Shown: in pieces, positions 14,561 through 28,043 of the stretch
Layout of the letters: each line of letters begins with the position of its first letter
Position numbering within the stretch: position 1 is the stretch's first letter
Assembly (NCBI GenBank): GCA_016748015.1
Contig: JAAOMT010000503.1
Span: 211,669 to 275,668 of the forward strand
Reading direction: 5' to 3'
From: Geosiphon pyriformis uo1
Lineage: Eukaryota; Fungi; Glomeromycota
Length of the DNA stretch: 64,000 bases
Program-made: the position numbers and the translations under genes
Notes under the pieces: generated by a model
Told to the model about the DNA's origin: nothing
Seen by the model: the letters and a program-made list of their open reading frames with translations, nothing else
The model's database searches: none

Positions 14561-14667
14561 GTGGTTAGTCACATGTAGCCAAATGCGTAAGTCGCGGCTC
14601 CTTAAAGATCTTAGTATTTTGTTTTGAAGCTAGCGATTGGAGTATACTTTGTAATAGCAAAAAAAAA
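14561..14667 (+). mobile_element. ~110 bp solo 3' end of the same LINE group with poly(A) and candidate TSD, CpG-intact
   Basis: Aligns to the 3' ends of the long copies (tcacatgta..tgcgtaagtcgcg..tagcgattggagtatact, then A9). AAATTAATTA occurs on both sides. Confidence 0.65.
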
Positions 14668-15157
14668 TTAATTATTTTTATTAATATAAAACCAATATAA
14701 AAAACCAAAATTAAAAATCTAAAACTTTATATAAAAAAAAAAATTTGTTTTTATTTAAGAAAAATATTTTATTTAACTGTTTTTACTATATAAAAAAAAC
14801 CACTTTTTTTAGTTTTTGTTTTTCTAATTATAAAAATAATAGTTTTTTTTTTATAAGATTAAGAAACATATTATTATATATATGTATATATAATTTAACC
14901 TTAAAAATTATAAAGATTAATAATAATAATAAAAATAATAAAAATAATAAAAATAATAATAATAATAGTAAAAAGATAATAAATTTTTTTTAATATTTAA
15001 TATTAATATCATCTTTTAATTATTTTTAAAAGAATTTAATTGAATATAGACTTTTATTACTTAATTAATTATTAATTTGATCGTGCGTTTAATCATTTTA
15101 TTTAATTATTGACTTTTTTTGATAAGTATGTATAAAATAATCAGAAAAGTATTAGAC

Positions 15158-15251
<94 letters not shown>
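15158..15251. repeat. (AAT)n microsatellite running into an assembly gap (N 15252-15438)
   Basis: Seen directly. Confidence 0.98.
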
Positions 15252-15637
15252 NNNNNNNNNNNNNNNNNNNNNNNNNNNNNNNNNNNNNNNNNNNNNNNNN
15301 NNNNNNNNNNNNNNNNNNNNNNNNNNNNNNNNNNNNNNNNNNNNNNNNNNNNNNNNNNNNNNNNNNNNNNNNNNNNNNNNNNNNNNNNNNNNNNNNNNNN
15401 NNNNNNNNNNNNNNNNNNNNNNNNNNNNNNNNNNNNNNAACACACAGCAACATCAATATACAAACACCTGGATACAGGAGAATAATGGGATTTTCGTGCT
15501 TTATTGTTGTGAAGAGAAAATCTTTTAGGTTTTTAGTAACGCTGATTCAATATGATGTAAAGTTTTAATAATTGGAAATCCAATTTAAACGAAAAATTTA
15601 ACTAAATAAATAAAAATTAAATAAGCCAAATAAATAA

Positions 15638-15638
15638 T

Positions 15639-15718
<80 letters not shown>

Positions 15719-15810
15719 AAACAACAACAAAAACAACAAAAACAACAAAAACAACAACAACAACAACAATAATAATAATAATATAATATAATATAATAAT
15801 AATAATAATA
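15638..15810. repeat. (ACA)n/(AAT)n compound microsatellite
   Basis: Seen directly. Confidence 0.97.
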
Positions 15811-16374
15811 AAAAGTAAATAAACTCAATTGATGAAATGATTCATTTTTTGAGATCGAAACAGCGGCCTATTGAACTTTAGATTAAAATTTTTTTGATAC
15901 CTTAACAGATCTTCAACGCATCCAAAAAAATAATTCTGAAATTATCTTTTTTGTTATTTAAAAAAACGCCTAATCTCATTTTCTCTCTAAAATGTTATTT
16001 TTTTCAAGGTTAAATCTACAGATGAATCTCCACCTTTAGTTATTACTTGTCTAAAATTCAAAAATCATGTGTTACCACTTTTCTTGCACATGCCGCATGT
16101 GCATTACATATATTTATGCATCCCTTGAAATAAGTTATGTTGCAAATGTTTATATAATTTCTAAATTCTCCTGGTGTTTTTTTTTTGGGGGAAAGAATTT
16201 TTAACCTTATTCGGTAGACAATGTCCAATAATATGGCGTGGTAAAAGAGTGAGATATTTTAATCCTTATAATCTATGCAACTATCCTGCCTAATTTTATT
16301 TATTAGATATATTGGCAGAAAACATGAAAAAGATCTCATCATTTGATTTGATTTGAATTTTTTTTCCTAAATAC

Positions 16375-16471
16375 GCACATCACACTTCATACATCATACA
16401 TCACACATCATACATCACACATCACACATCACACATCACACACCTAACGAAATGAATGGAATAGAAAAACT

Positions 16472-16513
<42 letters not shown>

Positions 16514-16608
16514 TTTAAATTCTTGAGAAGCTTCGAAGTTGATGTGATCGTGAGATTGGATCATGATCCACAAAAAGTGATCTGATCTGATATGATCTGA
16601 TCTGATCT
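16375..16608. repeat. Simple-repeat cluster: (CACAT)n-like, (CT)n, (GATCT)n
   Basis: Seen directly at ~16375-16443, 16473-16509 and 16579-16608. Confidence 0.9.
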
Positions 16609-17703
16609 TTTAATAAATGTTCCCGTCGGCTATGATTAATTATATATAAACTGATCATTGGAGTTACATTGCATCTCCCACCTTTTTCGTAAAGTTCCAA
16701 AGAATTGGTAAAATTAAAATGGTTGTTGATAGCAGAGAGGACCAACGTAAAGAAAGATATTAATTCCTTAAACGAAGAGGGCAAGGTATTGTGTCATTTT
16801 CCGTTATTGTGATCATCTAATCTTCATTTTTATGGAAATCATCAAAAAAAAAGTCAATGTTGAATCCAAATTCAAAAGGAAATAGAAAAGAAAGAAAAAA
16901 CATTATAAGGACGCGTAAATCTTGATAGACTTTTTACAGACCAGATTAGCCTTTAGACAAAATCATTTTTCCCCTACTAAGAGATGCAGGGTAAACTGTG
17001 TCACAACATTCGTAGGTTCTTTTTGGTTTTTTTTTTTTTTTTTCGTCAGAAATTCATTGTCTTTAATTTCTTTTCTCGTGTTACAGTGTCTCAAAGATTC
17101 ATGAAATTGATATTTTAATTTCACTAGGTATAGATATCAAAATTTATTGAGCCACAGATTTGGTTGGCGACTACTTGTTGGACACGTCAATTATTGCAAC
17201 GGGTGCAATTATTTCAGAAATCAAAAGCTGAAGGAAATAATCATAAAATAATCACAAATCAACCAGATTCCTAAACAATGCAACATTCGACAATACAGCA
17301 ATACCTGAATGGCGACCAGTGAGCGAATATTGCGAGTCTAAAAATTCTTGATTCCCTTCTTGGTATTGTGCCATGTGTGGTAATGTAATTGACAAACCTG
17401 TGAAAAAAATAAAATAAAGATCAGAATGCATTCGACCCACTTGTGAAAAAGAGCATCTTTGCCATGCATTTTTGTATAATTTGGGCTGTAGAGTTAAAGA
17501 AACAAGGGAGAAAAAAAATGTTTGACAGTTGGACAAGAATAGAAATTCGGCAAAAAGTGATAGAAAGAAGCACCAATCTTATAAAATTAATTTCCCACGA
17601 GTCACGAGTTCAAATTCTAGTTAATCTATCAATCTGCTTGTGTTTGATCATGGAAATATATCTATTAATGGAGCCCCCCCTTTTTGTCTCTTTCATTTTC
17701 TTC

Positions 17704-17735
<32 letters not shown>

Positions 17736-18446
17736 TGGCAAAGCAAATTATATATTATAGAATTAATTTTGAAAGTTAAAAAAATTCGATTTTATTATGA
17801 CTCTACCCTTTGTTCCTCATAAATTTAGAAACTTCCATTTTAATTCCCGTTTGTGTGTGTTTTTGTGTGTGTGTGTGTGTGTGTGTGTATCTTGTATTTT
17901 TGCTGTTGTTGTTATTTCCTAAAAAGATAAAAAATATTTGGTAAATTCTCGCAGTAGGTCTGAGAAATTTTTTTTTTTAAAAGTGAGGGAGTAAAATTAA
18001 AAAAAGTGATATAATTAAAATTTAGTTAGGAAAATTATTATTACATTAAGAATTTTCGGAGTTTTCCCAAGACATCTTATCCGAACAATATATCATGATA
18101 TCACTACTTCTCTTTTGATCAAAGAATTTTGGGAAATAAGTCGAATTCCAAATTTTCAGAAAAATGGTCTATTATTTATATTTTCTGGTTTTTCAAGTGA
18201 AAATATTTTGAATCATGAATTTTTAGATGAGAGAGATATATTTTTTTTTACATTATTTTTCGATTGAAGAAAAAAAAAAATTTTCATGAAACCTCTTTGT
18301 TCATGCACAATCTTAAATTCCAAGGAGAGAAAATTCAAAAGAACGAGTCAGCCAAAGATGGATTGATAATTTTTTTTAATCTATAAAAGGCCTACTTATA
18401 ATTTTGAAACTTGAGACTCAAAGCGAGAAAAGTAACTATGATTCAA

Positions 18447-18506
<60 letters not shown>

Positions 18507-19052
18507 AAAAACTTTAATTTCTCTATTTTGAAATAAATATATCAAAAAATCTCGTGATCAATACTTACATAAACTTCAAAGCTCTTAACCTTATTAGCGA
18601 AACTCGTTTATTTTCGTTAAAAAAAAAAAAAAAAAAAAAAAACTATACATTGTAAAAAAGCAAACCTATATATCAACATAACACACACACACACACACAC
18701 ATCATTTAAACATATTGTGACCAACTACTACTATTCTCACCACACTAAAACCACTCTAACAGGCTATCCTACTTAGACTCGGTTGTTGTACTTTCTAAGT
18801 AAAACATTGCTGATAATTTTTTTTTAAACTACAACTAAACTTTGTCTATCGTAAACATTTGATATCATCAACCACCACCACCACCACCACCACCACCACC
18901 ACCATCGCTAATAACAACCTCGAAACCAACATCAACTATCAAATTACTCGTCTTAACTCCTCTCGTCAACAGCATCAATTATCATTTTTCTTCCTCATGT
19001 TGTTTTCACCCTAATCTGCTTCGGCTCATCAACATTTTATCCAAAGTAGAAA

Positions 19053-20980
19053 ATGGAACAGTCAAATTATGAATTACCGACCACTACTCCTCTGAATAAT
19101 ACCACAACTTTAACTACAAACACGATTAACTTTTCCTCACCAAATACCGCGACAACAACTCCTATACAAGCTCCAAATGTTTTGTCAGACCTAAATAACT
19201 CTTCAATAACCACCCAAAACTCTCAGACTGCTGCCGCTGGTGTCTCGGCTGTCAGCACTCAGTCAAAAAAAGTTTCCGCCGCCGTTGCTGCTGCTGCTGC
19301 AGTCGCCGTTCATGTGAAAGCTGCAGAAGCTGTTTTAGTGGATTCCTTACAAAATTCACCACTATCTTTATTACCACAACTAATGGTAGTTCCGGCAAAC
19401 TCTACTATTTCACAATCTTCCCCTGTACAAACTAATACTTCTGCTGCTTGTGTTTCTCTATCGCCTATACAAGTAGCGAACGATATTCCCGCAAATTCTT
19501 CCACAGCAAGTGACCTCGCTGTTGCTATGTTATCGTTACCAAATCCAGATGTATTGGTTGTTTCAACAAATTCACCAAGGCAACCTCAACAAATGTTACC
19601 GCCCGTATTAACTCAACAAGTCATGCAAATTGCGATCGCCGATCTTGCCCAAAATATGGATAAATCTACCGTATCTCAAAATTCTTCCCCAGTTGTTCAG
19701 GTGCAGAATTTGATGTCGAACGAGCAACAACAAGTCGCTCTTATCCAAGAAAATGCCCGATTAGAAATGGGGATAGCAAATAATAATTTTATCGCTGCTC
19801 AGATATCGCACGTCAATAATCAACAATTACCCACCCCTTTTAGCCCATCCGATATAAATATAACTAATGCTCAAGTCCAAGTACAAGCTCAAGCTCAGGT
19901 TGACATAACCCAAGCCGAGATGGCTCACGCTGAGATCCAAGTTCAAGCCATGCAAGTCGCACAGGCTCAAGCTGGGATACAAGTTCAACAAGCCATGCAA
20001 GTCGCACAGGCCCAAGCTGGGATGCAGGCTCAAGTACAGGCCGTTCAGGCTCAAGTGCATGCTGTCCAAGCTCAAATGCATGCTGTTCAAACCCAAGTAC
20101 AAGCTGATGTTGAAGCCCAAGTACAAGCCGCACAAGCTCAGGTGGGGATGGTGCAAGCCCAGGTGCAGGCTCAAGTAGAAGCCGCCCAAGCTAATTTGCA
20201 AGTAAATGATGTTGGGCTACACGGTCAATCAGTTTCCATTTCTGTACAACCTGTTGTTACTAATGAACAGCAAGCGATAATTGTGGACGCAGTAAAAAAA
20301 GTTAAAATCGCCGAAGAACAACAAAGACAAATGGTTCAATTCGCAGTTGAAGTACAAGTGGCTTTAGAACAATCGATCAATCCTGCTCAACCAGACAACT
20401 TATTAGCAGCTGCCGGAGTTAATCAATCTCAACTCACTGATTTGATTAATCAAAATTCAATGGTGCAAACCGCTGGTGTTGCATCTGCGCCTCCTGAGAT
20501 TATGAGTCAAGCGTTCATGACGGCTGCATTACAAAATCAACATTATGGAATGATGAGCGACCCTCATTTAATTGCCCAAACTACTTCCGTATCTGTTCCC
20601 GGTATGGATAACGGTGTCAATCATCCCAATATGGTTCAACAAATCCTAGGTTCAACTGTTGTACAAGATGCAGTGGGTGTAGCCGCTGCTAATCAGATGG
20701 CTATGGTAAATGTCAAAGAAGCTGGACGACGTGGATCAATTTCTTCCCCGTCTACAAATCAGGTAGGGTAGGGGAAATTTGTTATTAAAAAAATGCGTTT
20801 AAAATATGGAAAGGAAATAGTTGCGAAAGACAGTGTGGGACCTTGAGATCCGGTATGGAGTTTTTCATGCCGGGCAAAAAAAACCAGCGCATGAAATTTT
20901 TGCATTTGAAATATTTACTTTATTAATCAAATTATTCTCCCACAAAAAATTATGAAAATGAAATCTTTCGCCACAACTCA

Positions 20981-21032
<52 letters not shown>

Positions 21033-23248
21033 CTCCTACTACACTCATTCAAAAATTCAATGGATCATCAATTAATGGTAATTGGGCCACCATAAAATTA
21101 ACAGTCGTCAGGAATAAATTTAACTTCGGTATCAGGAGCATCAACTCCTGCCACCACTAATTTGGGAACTTTGAATAACGCAAATATTATGGTGCCACCT
21201 CTCATCAATGCTGGCAATCAAATAGTTGTAAATGGCAATAATATTTTAGGAAGTGCTGCTCATCATTTGGAACTTTTTCCTGATAATTCTCAGCTCGGCG
21301 CTCGAGTGGTACAACAGCAAACAGAAAATCATGTTAGTGTTGAAACGGCCACAGGTGTTGCTACTTTATCAGTTCCATCCAGCGATCCTTTTAATCAAAC
21401 TGAACAACAGTCTCAAATTCAGCAAAATTCAGATGAATCCATGCGTTCAAATGTGATAACATCAGAAATATCAAATCCTCATATTATAAAGATGGAGTTT
21501 TCTGGATCCCCGGAACCAATCAATCCTTCCAATCTTTCAGGTCAGCAGGAGCACGATCAACAACAAGGACCAAATAATAATCGCTCCCCATCAATTCAAA
21601 CACTGATTAAAACACGCTCATCACATTCACCCCTCCAGGTTGAATCTTCGAAAAGTGCCGTATCTCGACTTTTAATTAATAATTCCGATGATTCAATACG
21701 ACAAGAAATTTTGTTAAAATTGGCGGAATTAGAGCATGGACACCTTTCTATCGATGAACTTCGAGCAAAATTAAGACAATATCAAGAGGAACGTGATGGA
21801 GTCACCGGTGGTCGACGAAACAATGAAGGTCGTCCAACGAAACGTCGTTCAACACATTCTCGTTTATCAACTGACTCTGAGGGTAAGTTTCAAAATTTTC
21901 CCCTTTCTGGTATTCAAGCAGATTTTTGTGGATTTTTTTCCTTTAGCTGTTGTGTGTCTTGCTTTCAAAAGCTATCCCAACAGATGACCAAGATTCCCAA
22001 ATCTCAATATCACCCACAGATCCCATGGATGATGTGAAAACTGAATCAGGTTCTAATCGCTCCGAAATTTCAAGAATGGCTGTTTCACTCACACTCAGTG
22101 GTCCCAATATGAGTACATCTTCCATGACAAGACCGGATGACGAACAAGATTCCGAAAGGCAAGATTCACATAGATGTATGTGGAGAAGTTGTTCGAAAGT
22201 TTTCGTTTCACTAGATCAATTGATTGGACACGTTACTGAAACTCATATTGGAAGTGGAAAGGTCAGTAGGCTAGGATCAAAATTAAATTGGTTTAAACTT
22301 TCAAGCCTAATAATACTTTATTAATCATCGAATTTAAAGGCCACATATTCATGCGATTGGGAAGGTTGTAACCGAGGACAAAAACCTTTCACTAAACGTC
22401 ATAAAATGTATAACCATTTGAGAACGCATACCGGCGAAAGACCTTATATGTGTGATACAGCTGGCTGTGGAAAAAGATTTTCTCGTCCAGATTCTCTGAC
22501 AACACACATAAAAACGCATTCAAACGTACGACCGTATATATGTTCATCAAAAGGATGTGGGAAGGCATATTATCATTCACGATCATTGAGGAAACACGAA
22601 AAAACACATGAAACTAGAACTCATCCTCATCCATTACCCCCCGTTCATCAAACCGGACATTCGATAAACACCAATGGAATGCATATTAATTTTGCTCCCC
22701 AGACCACTCGTATGTATTCACCACCACAACCAGGTGGCCAACAAACGACATCCCATATGTATCAACAACGCACGTCGATTCAATACGATTCTTCTCCGAC
22801 CAATGATCCAAGAGATTTACGTACTTCAGGACCACCTCCACCAACCCCGCCATCAATCCACCACCCACAACTTCCATCAGTGCATCATATACATCCGGGT
22901 CCATCGCCTGGCAGTGTATCGCAATCGGCCAACAATAATATTAATAATAAGAATAATGGTAGTAGCAATAATAGTAGTAGTAGTAGTAATAGTCCGTTTA
23001 ACAGTTACATTTCTACGCAAAACCAGAGACTTTTACCACAACAAGTCTCACCTACATCTCGTGGTGCATACCCATTTCATAATCAAACTTCGGTACATCA
23101 TCGTCCAGAATTGGTACATCATAGAGGATCAAATTATGATGATCGATCACAACCACCGCCACCACAACAGCCAACACCGTCTCCATCTTCTCCCTCACCC
23201 TTTTTCTCTTCACCGCCTCAGCCAAATCGATACCCCGGAAGTACTTAA
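19053..23248 (+). CDS. GLI/ZIC/GLIS-type (tandem CWCH2) C2H2 zinc-finger transcription factor, ~1228 aa, with long Q/A-rich N-terminus
   Basis: Exons 19053-20762, 21105-21882, 21972-22261 and 22340-23248 join in frame via GT-AG introns. Four fingers: CMWRSC..HVTETH, CDWEGC..HLRTH, (TGERPY) CDTAGC..HIKTH, CSSKGC..HEKTH. P/S/Q-rich C-terminus. Confidence 0.85.
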
Positions 23249-24366
23249 CCGACTAATTATCAAAGTGAGAAGCCACAGGATATCATCATCTTTCCGTTGT
23301 CGACTCGGAAATCGAGAAAATGAAATATTTTTCCGTTTTTCTAATATTTCGATTTTTTAGATCTATTTCTTATTTGGTGTTTCTTTCCAAAATTCGAATT
23401 TCTCGTATCCGGCACTTCCCTTCTTTTAAACGTGTTCGGCACTTAGATTTTTATTTTTATAATGTTGGTCAGTTTAATTTCATATATATATATATGAAAT
23501 TTGGATTGGGTTTTCCATGTGCATGTTCATGTATCGACAATACTTTCAAATTTCATCATTTATTATTTCATACCTATAGATAGATTAGAAGCTTCCTTGT
23601 TTTACGCTGAAAACAGAAGGATGTTACCTCAAATAATTTACCGCCAAATAATTTCAGTTAGATTACACGACGGTTTTCTCGCGTTTCAAGACATTACGTG
23701 GCAAAATGTACAGAGTGCCTCCTCTAGTCTTTAATCTTTCCTTGTCCACTTCAAATTTTTTTATTGTAAATAGTTTTCTTTTTTTGCCCCCAAAATTATA
23801 TTTTTCTTATTGAACTGTTGATTCTCCATCCTCAACATCATATCTAAGTGCACAAGCCTCAATTATTTTATTGAATCACCTGCTATAACAATAATCGAGA
23901 AAGCAATAAATTATTTTATTCTGCATTCGGGTGAGGGGAAATCTTGGATTTATGAGTATCGTAATATATATATATTAATTTTCGTGTTCCCCAAATTTAA
24001 AAATGTGTGAAATGAACGCGTAAAATCATTTTGTAAAACGTGAGAGCGAAATTAAAATTTCGATGTCACACGCATTAAAGATCCGACAGGAATATTTTAA
24101 GTTTTGTCGTGTGACAACAACATTCATTCTCAAATAGCTTACGCTCTCTTTTAAAAATATCTGAGTGCAGGAAGTTTTATATAAGCGTTGATTATTTTTA
24201 AACTTTAATGGGGTGGGAGACATAGTTGTTTTTCCTGGGATCACTCGTCTGCCCCTTGCTATATCTTTAAATTTTCCAACGCTCAGAAAAAGAAGTTATT
24301 ACGTGCGTCCGGATAATAAATAACTTAAAAGGACATCAGAGAATATTGTTTAAAAAAAGTACGTGA

Positions 24367-25742
<1,376 letters not shown>

Positions 25743-26348
25743 TACCAGTTGCTATTTGGCCATATCTAAAAGATCAGTTCAAGATGATAAAATCGGGTGC
25801 CTTTGACGGAATATGGACTTTAATGAATCGAAAAAACTTTGAATCATTGATTCGGAAAACTGCCTCGAGAAACATTCTTTAGTGCATAAGGGAAATCAAT
25901 TATTTGAAATCGACACCTGTATATCAGTATCCGTATAATTGATAATCTTTAAAAATAAATCCGACAGGTTGAAATTAATATCCCCGTTTTCTTAAATGAT
26001 GGTTGTGTCGTAAGATAAACTTTAGGAGAAATTCCTTACTTACAATTCTAGCTGGCTATCAGAATTTGCTAGAAATCAAAATGTTATTAACGAGATTATC
26101 AGAAAGTTCCAGAAATTTTATTTCTTCAAATATAATAATACAAAATAAATTGATGAGACTTACACAACTTTTGGAAGATTTTAGCCGTTATTAGCCGGGT
26201 AAAAACGATTTTGCCGAGATCATTTTGTCAAAAATTTGGATTCAATTTTTGTATCACACGAAAAAGATATATTTGGTATTTTTTTTACTTCGCCATCAAA
26301 TCAAGGGGAACCTTTGTACGTTCTATCTTCAGTGAAACCATCGGGTTC

Positions 26349-26385
<37 letters not shown>

Positions 26386-28043
26386 AATCATTATTTTCCT
26401 CATTTTTTTGCTTTGAATTTTTGATGTTTGTTTGGAAATTCATTTTACATTTTCGTTCAATGATTGAATTGACTAATTTTGATATCGACTAGAAAATTTT
26501 TAATTAAATGATTTTTTGAAATCTTTTTTTGCCCAATTACTCAAAGATCAAAAAAGAAACCTCATAAATGCTAACCCAAAACACCAACATTCCAGTAACA
26601 AATTGCACATCATTTCGAAGTGTTACGTCACTTAAATTTTTGAATCAGAAGAAATATATGAAATCTTGGGTTTTGGCCAAAGGATCAACTTTGAAAACTG
26701 TCGGATAGTCTACAAAACATCCAAATAATTTGTAGATCACTTTGCTCGCTATAGAATTCATATGCTACAATGGCAAAATGTGACCTGAGCAATATCGTCA
26801 AAGCCTTCTTTAATAAAAGATAATAAGCAGAAGAATGTTAGGAATTTTTGAGAAAAAAAACTTTATAATTATTTATAAGTTCGAAGGTGTACATTATATG
26901 AGAAATCAATCACCAAAGGAATGTACCGGATTCAGGTGACAGTCAATTTTAATTGGTACAAATGACACAAATTATGGAAATCTTTACATGCTACATGCAT
27001 AGCATATAATATTACAATGAATGAAAGAAATATGATGGGACGAAAGAAAGTTCGGTTAAACATAAACAAATCTTTTTTAGGTTTAGTAAAAGAAATTTTT
27101 CATTCTTTTGATCAACGCCCGAGCTACTACTTGTCATGAGAACTACACACATTTTTCGGGTGAGGTATGGGCTATTTTTGAAATAGAATTTTTTTCTTTT
27201 TCTTTTTTCACCCATTTTTCCAAAAAAAAAGTGAAAAATATCTTTTGGACTTCCCAACCAAAAAGGAATAATTTTTTTAATTACCTTTCTATCATTAAAA
27301 AAAAAATAAGAATATTCACCCCTCATTTCTTATTAGAGTCGTCAATGTACTCTCACTCTCCGATCTAAATAAATGCTTAAAAAAGGTACGAGTCGAAACG
27401 ACTAACTTTCCTAAAGTTCCCATGCCTTCGGATAATAAATAGTAACAATTGAAACAATTTATACTTGGGCACTTTGAAAAAATAACACTTGATAAAATTT
27501 ATTTTGTTTGTGCTTGCATAAACTCATTATGTAAGATGTTCTTTTTTGGTTGTTACTGTTCGTGAAAAACACTTGAACAACATCTGGGAACTACATATTC
27601 ACCGCCAGTAATCAAGCTTCTCTTGTATGTACTAATCATTTTTTGTTTGTTCAATAAGCAGCCAACATCCTCTGTCAATTTTTTTTCCCACAAATTTTTT
27701 TCAGATTACAAACCTTTTCTCCCCCATTTCTTCTTTAGGTTTATAACTTTTAAATCTCTCTTCCCAAGTTACTAATTTGTTTAAATTCATTCCTTATAGT
27801 AAATTTTTACAAACTTCTCGAACTTTATCTTCACTCCAGTCTCTCTTTTGTTTCTGGTATTTTCGGTTTCAAGTTTGGTATACAAAAATACTGAGATAAT
27901 TATTTCCCGAGAACCTATAGTCTGGGAGAAAACTTACATGATACTCTTAGTATTTTTTTACAAAAGAAAAAAGTTTTATCACTTGGATGTTTTAAAGACA
28001 ATTTACCCAGACTCCCACTCCTTTTTCCACCTTACGTCAAAAC

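Noticed and set aside
1-14993. Many short K/N/I/L/F-rich ORFs in the left flank
   Set aside because: They are chance ORFs or fragments of decayed transposon frames in AT-rich DNA, not host genes.
15106-15828. Poly-N/L/Y/I/C ORFs
   Set aside because: Artefacts of microsatellites and the N gap.
19827-20201. Antisense ORFs rich in LSL/LHL
   Set aside because: Shadow of the QA repeat on the plus strand.
19053-20771. 572-aa ORF as a stand-alone gene
   Set aside because: A CAG|GTAGGG donor just before the stop splices in frame to the downstream zinc-finger exons.
22674-23360. 228-aa overlapping ORF
   Set aside because: Alternative frame of the low-complexity last exon, with no recognisable domain.
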